DNA of 64,000 nt, from contig CAIQIK010000023.1 in the NCBI GenBank assembly GCA_903871855.1, positions 5,761 through 69,760 on the forward strand, in the 5' to 3' direction. Under the pieces are notes generated by a model. It saw only the letters and a program-made list of their open reading frames with translations, made no database searches and had not been told where the DNA came from. Numbering within the stretch: position 1 is the first letter of the stretch; each line of letters opens with the position of its first letter. Shown here one piece after another: positions 1-8,879 of this stretch. Source of the DNA: an uncultured Caldisericota bacterium. GTDB lineage: Bacteria > Caldisericota > Caldisericia > Cryosericales > Cryosericaceae. Both the position numbers and the translations under genes were made by a program.

Positions 1-214
1 GACATTCCTGTCACAATGGACGAAGTTGTGGTGCGGAGGGTGCCGGACAGTACAAGGGGCCTCTCCGTGACGCTTGAACGGACGGGACGTCTCTGGACAC
101 GTGACCGACATGCGCTCTTCTGTGATGACGCGCGGGAACCAGAATCCGCCGACTGTCGTCCAACTGGAAGGAGGACAGCACCCTGCAGCAGGTCGCCAGA
201 TGGAGGTGACACCG

Positions 215-1066
215 ATGAAGAGATTACTGATCGTACTTCTGATAGCCGCGCTGGCAGTCACACTGAGCGTGCGTTCGGTGAACGCGGTCGGCCCGCCTGT
301 CGGTATTCGTTATGCACCGCCAACAGTAACACTGACAACAGACAAGCTGTTGTACGTGCCGGGTGAGACTATCGACTGGCGCTACACTCTGTACAATGGC
401 AACGACCACCCGCTGGAACTGACCTTTACGTCAGCCCAGGTCTACGACCTCATTCTGCGACAGGGCAGCAAGATCATTGCCCAGTGGTCGACCGGCAAGA
501 TGTTCGCAGACGTCATGAGCAGCCGCATCGTCATGATGGGCGAGACTATGGAGCTCAAGGGCTCGTGGCAAGTGCCCAAGGTGCTTGCCCTCGGCACGTA
601 TGACCTGGAGTTTGTACTAACCAGCACGACCACCGAACCGACCGGAGCGACGACGCAGTTCGCAGTCGCCAAGGCGGGTATCCCTGACCTGAACGTCAGT
701 TTTACGACGGACAAACTCATCTACCGCGTAGGAACGACGATCACCGTCAAGTACACGCTCACAAACCTGGCCGACAAACCACTCGTCCTGACCTTCCCCA
801 CGACACAGCAGTACGACTGGACCGTCACCGACGCCGAGGGCAACCTCGTCTACCGGTGGTCAGGTGGTAGGGCGTTCGCCCAGCTCGTTACCCAGCTGAC
901 GATCCCTGTTGGGACCAGCGACGGCTTCGAGAGTTCCTGGTTTATCCCACGTGACCTCAAGCCCAATGGTTTCTACATTCATTTCACAGTATTGGACGAC
1001 AGCCTCGGCGTCCTGAAGACGCAGCGATGTGCCGTCCTCATGGGCAGCACGCCCCCAACACACTGA
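215..1066 (+). CDS. Secreted protein with two tandem BsuPI-like (proteinase-inhibitor fold) domains
   Basis: ORF 74..1066. Preferred start is ATG 215, six nt after GGAGGTGA (202-209). Signal peptide MKRLLIVLLIAALAVTLSVRSVNA. Two ~95-aa repeats share TTDKL.Y..G..I...YTL.N....L.LTF...Q.YD......G..V..WS.G..F, the pattern I associate with PF12690 (BsuPI). Confidence 0.75.
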   Translation: MKRLLIVLLIAALAVTLSVRSVNAVGPPVGIRYAPPTVTLTTDKLLYVPGETIDWRYTLYNGNDHPLELTFTSAQVYDLILRQGSKIIAQWSTGKMFADVMSSRIVMMGETMELKGSWQVPKVLALGTYDLEFVLTSTTTEPTGATTQFAVAKAGIPDLNVSFTTDKLIYRVGTTITVKYTLTNLADKPLVLTFPTTQQYDWTVTDAEGNLVYRWSGGRAFAQLVTQLTIPVGTSDGFESSWFIPRDLKPNGFYIHFTVLDDSLGVLKTQRCAVLMGSTPPTH

Positions 1067-1070
1067 ACGC

Positions 1071-1106
1071 AGGCGCCCTCTCATCTGAGAGGGCGCCTTA
1101 CTTTCT
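1071..1106 (+). terminator. Rho-independent terminator after the BsuPI-like gene
   Basis: Perfect 12-bp stem AGGCGCCCTCTC (1071-1082) / GAGAGGGCGCCT (1087-1098), loop ATCT, followed by T-rich TACTTTCTACCCTTGTTT. Confidence 0.75.
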
Positions 1107-1283
1107 ACCCTTGTTTCGCAATATCCGCTCATATAGATCCCTTAATCTGTGATTCCCGCATACGTGGAAATCCAGTCTTACCCTTGTCTGCGAACTGTGC
1201 TTGTAGTAGACCACGAGAAATGAAGGGGGTCTGTTTTTTTATTGTTGTTGCCGCCATATATATACACGTTACCTCCTGTCCCC

Positions 1284-1344
1284 TATTGCCTCACGGATAA
1301 ACCTACTCGAACGGGGAATCGTTGCCTCACATCAGAATCTACTC
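1284..1344. repeat. Left subterminal repeat pair of the IS
   Basis: TATTGCCTCACGGATAAACCTACTC (1284-1308) and CGTTGCCTCACATCAGAATCTACTC (1320-1344). These are the inverse of the right-end copies. Confidence 0.8.
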
Positions 1345-2561
1345 AAAACCGGATGAAGTTGCCAGCCCCTTGCTTTCCTGGGAATGATGTGGAGTTGGTC
1401 GTGTTTCTTGGCGAGAACCAGGTCTTGCAGACACCGTTGATCCTGAAGGATCGTATCATGGAGAGCGACGGGGTCAAGCTTCTGGTACTGAGCCCTGAGT
1501 GCCTCCTTTGCTTGCTCCGAGATGCAGGGTGAAGCCAAGACACGATCGAACGGAGTACAAGGCGTGTCATACGCACGCGTGACCTTGGCTCCCTGCCGTA
1601 TCTTGTGGGTGAGTTGCATCACGGGGAGGAAGAAGTTGGTGAACAGCCGGAGTGACTGGTAGATCTTGTTCATGAGCAAGACTTCCTCCTCGGTGTCATA
1701 CCGGAGATACCAGACTGTCTTGCGGACAATGCTCCAGTTCTTCTGCTCCACGAAGCAGTTGTCGTTCTTCCGGTACGGGCGTGACCGTGTCAGGGTGATG
1801 TGCTCGTGCTGACAGTACCGGATCAGGTGGCCGTTCATGAACTCGCTTCCGTTATCTGAATGGATACCCAGGAGGGGGAATGGGAGGTTACTGCGTATGC
1901 TGCTCAGTGCAGCAAAGACATGCTCTTGACTCTTGTTCCGCACGGCCCTGGTCTCGGTCCAGCCTGTTGCCACGTCGGTGACGTCCAGCGTGCAGGCATA
2001 CTCTCCTCCGGCAACACTGCCTTCATGGGTCACCAGGTCCACAGCGACGAACCCCGGCCGGGTACGGTTCCACTCCGCAGCAGTCTGGACAGGAACCTGC
2101 CGCAGGAGGAGCATGCCGGGACGGGGGTGTGGGTGTTCCCAGGGTTCCCCCTTCCGTCGTACTTCGGAAAGCAACCGGTCGCAGGTGGCAGGACTCATAT
2201 GGAGGAGGAGACCGCGGACAGCAGGAGCAAGGTTCAGTTGCCCCCGGGTCTCGAGGAAGGGGATCATGCGCCGGAGGAACGGGATGAGACGCTTGCCACA
2301 GAGTCTGTCCGACAAATGCCAGAACTCCGTGAGTGCAGGGAGGACTGCTGCTGTGTACATGGATGCCCGGGGACGATGGACGGGACCCCTGCTGCCCTGC
2401 GCTACCTTCGCCCTCAGAGTGCTGCGTGCGTACGAGCGGTTGAGATGCGTCAGGTCCACGAACCCATCCAGGATTCTCGACTTTTCCTTCTTCGACGCGT
2501 GGTGGTATTGTTTCCGCAGCTCCTGCATCACCGCTTGCCGTTGCTTCACTGTCAGTGCCAT
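1332..2561 (-). CDS. DDE transposase, integrase-core (rve) type with N-terminal HTH
   Basis: ORF 1332..2594. Start ATG 2561 lies 5 nt after GAGGTGA. The motif HSDNGSEFMN...TRSRPYRKNDNCFVEQKNWSIVR is typical of retroviral-integrase-fold transposases (often annotated ISNCY/IS481-like). D..D..E spacing is plausible: VDLVTH, HSDNGSEF, VEQKN. Confidence 0.85.
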   Translation of the reverse strand: MALTVKQRQAVMQELRKQYHHASKKEKSRILDGFVDLTHLNRSYARSTLRAKVAQGSRGPVHRPRASMYTAAVLPALTEFWHLSDRLCGKRLIPFLRRMIPFLETRGQLNLAPAVRGLLLHMSPATCDRLLSEVRRKGEPWEHPHPRPGMLLLRQVPVQTAAEWNRTRPGFVAVDLVTHEGSVAGGEYACTLDVTDVATGWTETRAVRNKSQEHVFAALSSIRSNLPFPLLGIHSDNGSEFMNGHLIRYCQHEHITLTRSRPYRKNDNCFVEQKNWSIVRKTVWYLRYDTEEEVLLMNKIYQSLRLFTNFFLPVMQLTHKIRQGAKVTRAYDTPCTPFDRVLASPCISEQAKEALRAQYQKLDPVALHDTILQDQRCLQDLVLAKKHDQLHIIPRKARGWQLHPVLSRF

Positions 2562-2619
2562 CTCTTCACCTCTCATCTGCCTACCCTCTTCCACGGTTCC
2601 TCCTCAGTCACCTGAATTG

Positions 2620-2678
2620 GAGTAGATTCATCCGTGAGGCAACGATACGATTTGGAGTAGATAATAGGTGAGGCAATA
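2620..2678. repeat. Right subterminal repeat pair of the IS
   Basis: GAGTAGATTCATCCGTGAGGCAACG (2620-2644) and GAGTAGATAATAGGTGAGGCAATA (2655-2678). Their reverse complements match the left copies at 21/25 positions for the inner pair. Confidence 0.8.
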
Positions 2679-2766
2679 CGTGTCCTTGACGCGCTCGGCG
2701 TTCTCTATAAGCTGGGGGTAGTTTGTGGTGGGTATGCTTGGATGTTCTGCCTGGCTGAGGTGACCA

Positions 2767-5700
2767 ATGAGCAACGGCTCATTCATAGCGCTCGTCAGCA
2801 ACGTCTCCCTGCTGGTCGCCATGGTCTTCATCTACGATCTCGCGGGCGCCCACCCGCTCAACCTGGAAACTAGGCTGCGCCAAGTAATGATCGGCGCAGG
2901 GCTCAGCATCATTGCGGTCGCCGTCATGGCCACACCGTGGGTACTTGAGCCAGGCATCGTCTTCGACACACGTTCCGTACTCATCGGTCTCAGCGGCCTG
3001 TTCTTCGGGGCCGTTCCCACCGTCATCGTGATGATCGTAACATCGACATACCGCATCTTTGAGGGCGGCGCAGCAGCCTTCACCGGCGTCTGCGTCATCA
3101 TCGCATCGGGCGTCATCGGTCTGGTCTGGCACCGAGTGCTCAAGCGCCCCCTCATCACCCTCACCTGGCGCAACCTGCTCGGCCTTGGGTACGCCGTCCA
3201 TCTCGTCATGCTGGCGCTCATGTTCACGCTGCCGTGGCAGACTGCTCTGTATGTGCTCGGCTACATCGCGCTGCCTGTGCTGACCATCTATCCCTTGGTC
3301 ATGGCGGCCATCGGCGCACTTATGGTCAACCGGCTCAAGCACGAGCAGGCTAATGAGGCACTGAAACAGAGCGAGATGCACTTCCGTGCACTCTCCGAGC
3401 AGGCCGCCATCGGCGTGACCAAGGCTGAAACGGAGTCCGGTAGGTACGTCTTTGTCAACCAGCGCTTTGCGGACATCGTCGGGTACACGCGGGACGAATT
3501 ACTGAAGATGGACTTCCACGCACTGACCTACCCCGACGACTTGACCGACGACCTGAACAACGTCGACCACCTCGTCAAGGGCGAACTGCATGAATACTCC
3601 ATGGAGAAACGCTACCTGCGCAAGGATGGTACTGCTATCTGGGTCAACCTTACGGTCTCGCCGCTATGGCAGGCGAGCGAGCCTCCCCAGTACCTCATCG
3701 GTCTTGTCGAGGATATCTCCGAACGCAAGAGGACCGAGGAGGCACTGACCCGCCTGAATCGTGAGCTGCAGGCCATCAGCAGCTGCAACCAGATTCTGTT
3801 GAGAGCCATTGACGAGCAGACCCTACTCAATGACATCTGCCGTATCGTTTGTGACCAGGCAGGTTACTGCTTGGCGTGGGTAGGATATGCCGAGCATGAC
3901 GACGCCAAGACCGTGCGTCCTGTAGCTTGGGCTGGGTCCGATAGCGGGTATGTTGCAAACGCCGACATCACCTGGGCCGACACCGAGCGTGGACGCGGCC
4001 CCAGCGGAACCGCCATCCGGAGTGGAGAGACCGTCTGCATCCATGATTTCACCACTGTCTCCCAAACCGCCCGTTGGCGCGACCGTGCCCTGCAGCACGG
4101 ATATCGTTCCGCTATCGTCTTGCCTCTCAAGGACGAAAGTGCGAACGTATTCGGTGTTTTCCTGATCTATTCCTCGGAACCCACCGCCATCACCCCGGAC
4201 GAAATCCGGCTCTTGGAGGAACTGTCGCGCGACCTGGCGTTTGGCATCATGGTCCTGCGTGGCCGCACCGAGCGCAAGCGGGCGGAGGAAGCGCTGCGTG
4301 CGAGTGAAGAGCGCTATCGCCTGCTGGTGGAGAACCAGACTGACCTGATCATCAAGACTGACCCGGACGGACGGCTCATCTATGCCAGCCCCTCCTACTG
4401 CGCGCTCTTTGGCAAGAGCCTGCAAGAGCTGACAGGCTTCAACTTCATACTCTCGATGCATCCCGATGACCTCACAGCCATCAAGCAAGCGATTGCACGT
4501 TTGTTCCAGCCACCTTACTTTTGCCGCTGCGAGGGACGTGCCATGACCCCCCGTGGATGGCGATGGATCGATTGGACGGCCCGCGCCGAACTGGACGGTC
4601 AGGGACGTGTCGTCGGCTTCGTGGGCTCCGGTCGCGACATCACTGACCGCAAGCAGGCCGAGGAGGAGACTCAGCGGGAACGAGCGTTTTTCGACCGACT
4701 GGTGGAGACAGTCCCAGAAGGCATTGCGATCACCGATGCCCAGGGCATGGTTTTGCGGGTGAACGCCGAGTTCGTTCGCATGTTTGGTTATGAGGTTGAT
4801 GAAGCCGTCGGACAGAGTATCGACGACCTGCTGGCACCTCTCACACGCGAGGAAGAAGCCAGGGCGATTACAAGGGCTACCGGTCAGGGGGAAACAATCC
4901 TTCTGGAAACGGTGCGGCGCAGGAAGGACGGTACGCTCGTTGATGTATCCCTTATCGGCGCACCCATTTTGATCGCTGGGAAGCAGGAAGCGACGTACGC
5001 CATCTACCGCGACATCACCGAGCGCAAGCAGGCAGAGGAGGCGCGCGAAAAGGCCGAGTCTCAACTCCGTCAGGCCCAGAAGATGGAAGCCATCGGGGCA
5101 CTGGCGGGAGGGGTGGCACACGATTTCAACAACCTGCTGACCGGCATCCTGGGCAACATCTCTATCATGCGCAGCAGCCTGCCCACAGCCGACCCGATGC
5201 AGGAGAACCTGAACGCAGCCGAAACCTCTGCCCGCCAAGCAGCAAACCTCACGAGAGGACTGCTGACTTTCAGCCGCAGTGCCGTCGTGTTACCAGTACC
5301 CATGAATATGACAGCCGCCCTCGACGTAACCTTGGCGCTGCTGAAGCAGTCACTGCCAGCTACCATGGAAATCGTCCGCGACGACGTGCAGACAGCGTGG
5401 AACGTACTGGTGGACCAGTCACAGATCACGCAGATCCTGCTCAACCTTGCAGTGAACGCACGCGATGCCATGAAAGGCAAGGGAACGCTGACGATACGCA
5501 CCAGGAACGAAATCGTGGGAGAAGCATACGTCCAGATCCATCCGATTGCACGGACAGGGGAGTTTGTCCACCTGAGCGTCACAGACACCGGCACGGGGAT
5601 CCCACCAGAAATCGGTGAGCACCTCTTCGAGCCCTTCCATACCACCAAGCCGATAGGGTCTGGCACGGGGTTGGGGCTCTCCATCGTCTACGGTGCCGTC

Positions 5701-6276
5701 AAGCAGGCCGGCGGCTGGATCACGGCAGCATCCACGGAAGGTATAGGGAAAACCGCCCCTCAGAAGCACCCCTCGGATTGGGAGAACATCCGCGGGGGCA
5801 TTGGACAAACATGTTCAGGGGCAACCTTCGACATCTACCTGCCACGCTGCCTGGAAGAGGCCACACCCTTCCTTGCTCCCGTATCTACCCCTGTGAATAC
5901 AGGCAGCGGCACGGTCCTGGTGGTTGAGGACGAGCCGGTCGTGTGCGCCGTCGCACAAGCGTTCCTGAGCAAGAGTGGGTATGTGGTTCTGGCAGCGCCA
6001 GACGGGGCATCGGCCTTGAACACCCTGCGCGAGCACCCGACAGACATCGGGCTCATCCTGCTGGACATGACCATGCCTGGCATGACAACCGACGAGATTG
6101 TACCGGCGATGCGGGCCCTGAGCCTCAGAATCCCCATCCTGCTGACTTCTGGTTATACCTCCAACGACACCGTCACGCGGATGCTCGAGGAGGGCAGTGT
6201 TCAAGGGTTTGTAGCCAAGCCGTATGACCTGCACCAGCTGCTGGACAAGGTGCAAAGGTTATTCCGCAGAGGTTGA
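2767..6276 (+). CDS. Hybrid sensor histidine kinase / response regulator (5TMR-LYT membrane module, PAS-GAF-PAS-PAS, HisKA, HATPase, receiver)
   Basis: 1169-aa ORF with SD GAGGTG 4 nt upstream. N-terminal polytopic region carries FDTRSVLIGLSGLFFG. Repeated PAS-like blocks end in DITERK/DISERK/DITDRK. H-box is VAHDFNNLLTGILG, G2 box is GTGLGLSIVYG, and the C-terminal receiver is VLVVEDEP...LLDMTMPGM...KP. Confidence 0.9.
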   Translation: MSNGSFIALVSNVSLLVAMVFIYDLAGAHPLNLETRLRQVMIGAGLSIIAVAVMATPWVLEPGIVFDTRSVLIGLSGLFFGAVPTVIVMIVTSTYRIFEGGAAAFTGVCVIIASGVIGLVWHRVLKRPLITLTWRNLLGLGYAVHLVMLALMFTLPWQTALYVLGYIALPVLTIYPLVMAAIGALMVNRLKHEQANEALKQSEMHFRALSEQAAIGVTKAETESGRYVFVNQRFADIVGYTRDELLKMDFHALTYPDDLTDDLNNVDHLVKGELHEYSMEKRYLRKDGTAIWVNLTVSPLWQASEPPQYLIGLVEDISERKRTEEALTRLNRELQAISSCNQILLRAIDEQTLLNDICRIVCDQAGYCLAWVGYAEHDDAKTVRPVAWAGSDSGYVANADITWADTERGRGPSGTAIRSGETVCIHDFTTVSQTARWRDRALQHGYRSAIVLPLKDESANVFGVFLIYSSEPTAITPDEIRLLEELSRDLAFGIMVLRGRTERKRAEEALRASEERYRLLVENQTDLIIKTDPDGRLIYASPSYCALFGKSLQELTGFNFILSMHPDDLTAIKQAIARLFQPPYFCRCEGRAMTPRGWRWIDWTARAELDGQGRVVGFVGSGRDITDRKQAEEETQRERAFFDRLVETVPEGIAITDAQGMVLRVNAEFVRMFGYEVDEAVGQSIDDLLAPLTREEEARAITRATGQGETILLETVRRRKDGTLVDVSLIGAPILIAGKQEATYAIYRDITERKQAEEAREKAESQLRQAQKMEAIGALAGGVAHDFNNLLTGILGNISIMRSSLPTADPMQENLNAAETSARQAANLTRGLLTFSRSAVVLPVPMNMTAALDVTLALLKQSLPATMEIVRDDVQTAWNVLVDQSQITQILLNLAVNARDAMKGKGTLTIRTRNEIVGEAYVQIHPIARTGEFVHLSVTDTGTGIPPEIGEHLFEPFHTTKPIGSGTGLGLSIVYGAVKQAGGWITAASTEGIGKTAPQKHPSDWENIRGGIGQTCSGATFDIYLPRCLEEATPFLAPVSTPVNTGSGTVLVVEDEPVVCAVAQAFLSKSGYVVLAAPDGASALNTLREHPTDIGLILLDMTMPGMTTDEIVPAMRALSLRIPILLTSGYTSNDTVTRMLEEGSVQGFVAKPYDLHQLLDKVQRLFRRG

Positions 6277-6393
6277 GCGGGCTGCTGACCCAAACAACAG
6301 ACTCTGAAAACAACGCTGGATTCCCGCCTTCGCGGGAAGGACGAATGTACGAACGGGAATGGGTCCCGTATGCGCGGGAAGGATACGCCGGGG

Positions 6394-6450
6394 TGTAACA
6401 TTCTTGCGTCAAATGGAACCGTCCCGAGAATGTTACACGAGAATGTTACA
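6394..6450. repeat. Dispersed intergenic repeat, copy 1 (TGTAACATTCT / GGAACCGTCCCG / AGAATGTTACA x2)
   Basis: TGTAACATTCT 6394-6404, GGAACCGTCCCG 6415-6426, and AGAATGTTACA at 6427-6437 and 6440-6450. The same 11-mer and 12-mer recur at 19754-19791. Confidence 0.7.
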
Positions 6451-6463
6451 GCTGCGAGGGAAC

Positions 6464-6497
6464 GACAAAAACAACCCCGGCTTTTATGACCGGGGTT
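6464..6497 (-). terminator. Rho-independent terminator of the ABC exporter operon
   Basis: Stem AACCCCGG (6473-6480) / CCGGGGTT (6490-6497). On the minus strand it is followed by GTTTTTGTCG. Confidence 0.75.
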
Positions 6498-6545
6498 GAC
6501 GATGCTATACCTTAGATCAATATCTCTGTAAACTCAGACAACTTC

Positions 6546-8879
6546 CTAGGTGATTACCGCCCCAGTGAACTGGCTGTTGTAGAGATCGGCGTAGAATCCA
6601 TGCTTTGCGAGCAACTCTTTGTGGTTACCCTGTTCCACGATCGAACCGTGGTTCATGACAAGGATGTGGTGCGCGTCTCTGATGGTCGAGAGACGGTGGG
6701 CAATGACGAAGCTGGTCCTACCGGCCATCAGGTTTGCCATCGCCTTCTGGATGCGGACTTCCGTTCGCGTATCGACACTGCTGGTGGCTTCGTCGAGGAT
6801 CAGGACGGTTGGATCTGCCAGGACCACACGAGCAATCGTCAGCAGCTGCTTCTGACCAGCCGAGATGTTGGAGGCCTCCTCGTTAAGAACAGTGTCATAC
6901 CCTTCGGGCAGGCTCCTGATGAAGTGATCAGCATGCGCAGCCTTAGCGGCAGCCACGATCTCCTCCTCCGTAGCATCGTCGCGCCCGTAAGCGATGTTCT
7001 CGCGGATCGTTCCGTTGAACAACCACGTGTCCTGGAGCACCATGCCGAACATGGTGCGCAGGCTACCTCGACGCATCCTTCGTGTCTCGACGCCGTCGAA
7101 GGTGATCGCGCCGTCTTGAATGTCATAGAACCGCATGAGTAGATTGACAAGGGTCGTCTTGCCTGCTCCGGTCGGTCCGACGATGGCGACAGTATCGCCT
7201 TGCTTGACGTCAAGATTCATGTCTCCGATCAGGGGTTCTGTCGGCCGGTAGCTGAATGCGACATGATCAAACTTGATGGCGCCGCGAGGCTGAGTGATCA
7301 CAATTGCATCCTCGGCGTCGAGCTGTTCCTCGGGCTCGTCAAGCACGGTGAACACACGCTCGGCACACGCCATCGTCGACTGAATGACGTTGGCGATGCT
7401 CGCCGTCTGGATGATCGGCATTGAGAAGGACCTCGAATACTGGATGAATGCCGTGATGTCGCCCAGGTTGAGGAGATTCCTGGTGACATAGACACCTCCA
7501 AGGACCGCGATGAAGACATAGCCAAGGTTGCTGATGAAGTTCATCAGGGGGAACATGACGCCTGACATGAACTGAGCCTTCCATCCGGCCTGATACAGGT
7601 CATTGTTGACCGCCTCGAAGGTAGCGATTGATTCCTGTTCATGGCCAAACGCCTTGACCACATTGTGGCCAGTGTACATCTCCTCTGCATGACTGCTGAG
7701 GCGACCAAGGTGCAGCTGCTGTGCACGGTAGAACTTCTGCGATTTTCGTGCGATGAGTGCAGTTGTGAGGACGTACAGCGGCAGCGTGGCAAGCGTCACG
7801 ATGGTCAGCTTCCCGCTGATCGTAAGCATCATGTAGATGTAGCCGAGAATCTGGAACACGGAAACGATGACCTGTGTGAGGCCCTGCTGAAGGGTGGTCG
7901 AGATCGTGTCCATGTCGTTCGTCATGCGGCTCAGGATCTCGCCGTTGGAGTGCATGTCGTAGTAGCGGAGGGGCAGTGCCGCCAGCTTGTAGTCGAGTTC
8001 CTTTCGCATGTCATAGGTCGTCTTCTGGGCAACATCCGACATGATGTACTGCATGACAAAGGTGAGCAGTGCACTCAGCACGTAGACAAGGAGAAGGAAG
8101 AGCAAGGTCTTCCCGATCGCGGGCAACGGAATGGTGCCGCCGTTGGCCCTGATGTCTGCAATGCCCTTATCGAGGTCCGTCTGTGAGACATTGATCGTTT
8201 GTTGCTGACCGGTCATCGGCAGTGTCTTGCCGAGATTGATAATGGTCTGAATGGTATCGGCCTTCTTGTTGTAATCTGTGATGCTGCTGACAAGGGGCAG
8301 TGCAACAAACTGCTGCATTGCCGTGAGCTGCGTCGGTGTCAGCTTGGCCGCGTCCAGGAAAGTCTTTTCCACCGTACTTCTCGCAGTGTCCGCAGCCTTT
8401 GCCTGAGCACCAGCAAGCGCTGCAGTGTATCCTGGTATGTTCTCCAGCGGCACGCCTGGGAACTTCGCCGAAAACTGCTGATCGATTCCTTGCTTGGCGG
8501 CCGCCTGGGCCTGCGTCACCGCTGCGTCCTGAGCGGTTTGCATCCCCTGCAGGACCTTCTGGATCTGAGGAACACCCTGTTCCTGGGCCTTCGAAATTCC
8601 GCTCACCATGCTCTTGGCAACAAACCCGTTCATGAGCTGGTTGACTGCATTTCCACTGATCTTGGGCCCGTACACTGCAAACGCGGTACTGGCGATGGCA
8701 AGCGCAAAGACAATCATTAGTTTGGCAGTTTGAGGCTTGAGGTACTGTACAAGACGCCTGGTTGTGCCCCAGAAGTCCTTCGGCTTCTCTACGACCCCAC
8801 GCAGACCGCGGGGGCCTCCACCTATAGGTCCGGGTCCACCGGCAGCAATCCGTGGTTCTCTTGTCGTGTCACTGCTCAT
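6546..8879 (-). CDS. ABC exporter, fused permease/ATPase subunit with a large insertion after TM1
   Basis: 777 aa. Walker A GPTGAGKTT, signature SAGQKQ, Walker B ILILDEATS. Six-TM type-I exporter layout. The ATG overlaps the upstream stop (ATGA at 8876-8879). Confidence 0.9.
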   Translation of the reverse strand: MSSDTTREPRIAAGGPGPIGGGPRGLRGVVEKPKDFWGTTRRLVQYLKPQTAKLMIVFALAIASTAFAVYGPKISGNAVNQLMNGFVAKSMVSGISKAQEQGVPQIQKVLQGMQTAQDAAVTQAQAAAKQGIDQQFSAKFPGVPLENIPGYTAALAGAQAKAADTARSTVEKTFLDAAKLTPTQLTAMQQFVALPLVSSITDYNKKADTIQTIINLGKTLPMTGQQQTINVSQTDLDKGIADIRANGGTIPLPAIGKTLLFLLLVYVLSALLTFVMQYIMSDVAQKTTYDMRKELDYKLAALPLRYYDMHSNGEILSRMTNDMDTISTTLQQGLTQVIVSVFQILGYIYMMLTISGKLTIVTLATLPLYVLTTALIARKSQKFYRAQQLHLGRLSSHAEEMYTGHNVVKAFGHEQESIATFEAVNNDLYQAGWKAQFMSGVMFPLMNFISNLGYVFIAVLGGVYVTRNLLNLGDITAFIQYSRSFSMPIIQTASIANVIQSTMACAERVFTVLDEPEEQLDAEDAIVITQPRGAIKFDHVAFSYRPTEPLIGDMNLDVKQGDTVAIVGPTGAGKTTLVNLLMRFYDIQDGAITFDGVETRRMRRGSLRTMFGMVLQDTWLFNGTIRENIAYGRDDATEEEIVAAAKAAHADHFIRSLPEGYDTVLNEEASNISAGQKQLLTIARVVLADPTVLILDEATSSVDTRTEVRIQKAMANLMAGRTSFVIAHRLSTIRDAHHILVMNHGSIVEQGNHKELLAKHGFYADLYNSQFTGAVIT

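Larger units (their letters stand above)
1282..2680 (-). mobile_element. Insertion sequence (~1.4 kb) encoding one rve-type DDE transposase
   Basis: A transposase ORF bounded by inverted ends CCTATTGCCTCAC... (1282) and ...GTGAGGCAATACG (2680). Each end carries two copies of TTGCCTCAC-N7-8-CTACTC. A TGTCC direct repeat flanks the element immediately outside (1277-1281 and 2681-2685). Confidence 0.8.

Noticed and set aside
1107-1281. Weak hairpin AGACC/GGTCT followed by GTTTTTTT (about 1218-1250) as a terminator of a gene disrupted by the IS
   Set aside because: The stem is only 5 bp and no ORF ends just upstream. It may simply be AT-rich spacer next to the IS insertion site.
3823-5238. 471-aa minus-strand ORF inside the hybrid kinase gene
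   Set aside because: It is antisense to a gene with clear PAS/HisKA motifs. Its Arg/Gly/Ala-rich shadow-frame composition carries no motifs.
6394-6450. Repeated 11-mers considered as a mini-CRISPR array
   Set aside because: There are only 3 short copies in mixed orientation, with 2-22 nt between them. There are no regular spacers and no cas genes in the window.
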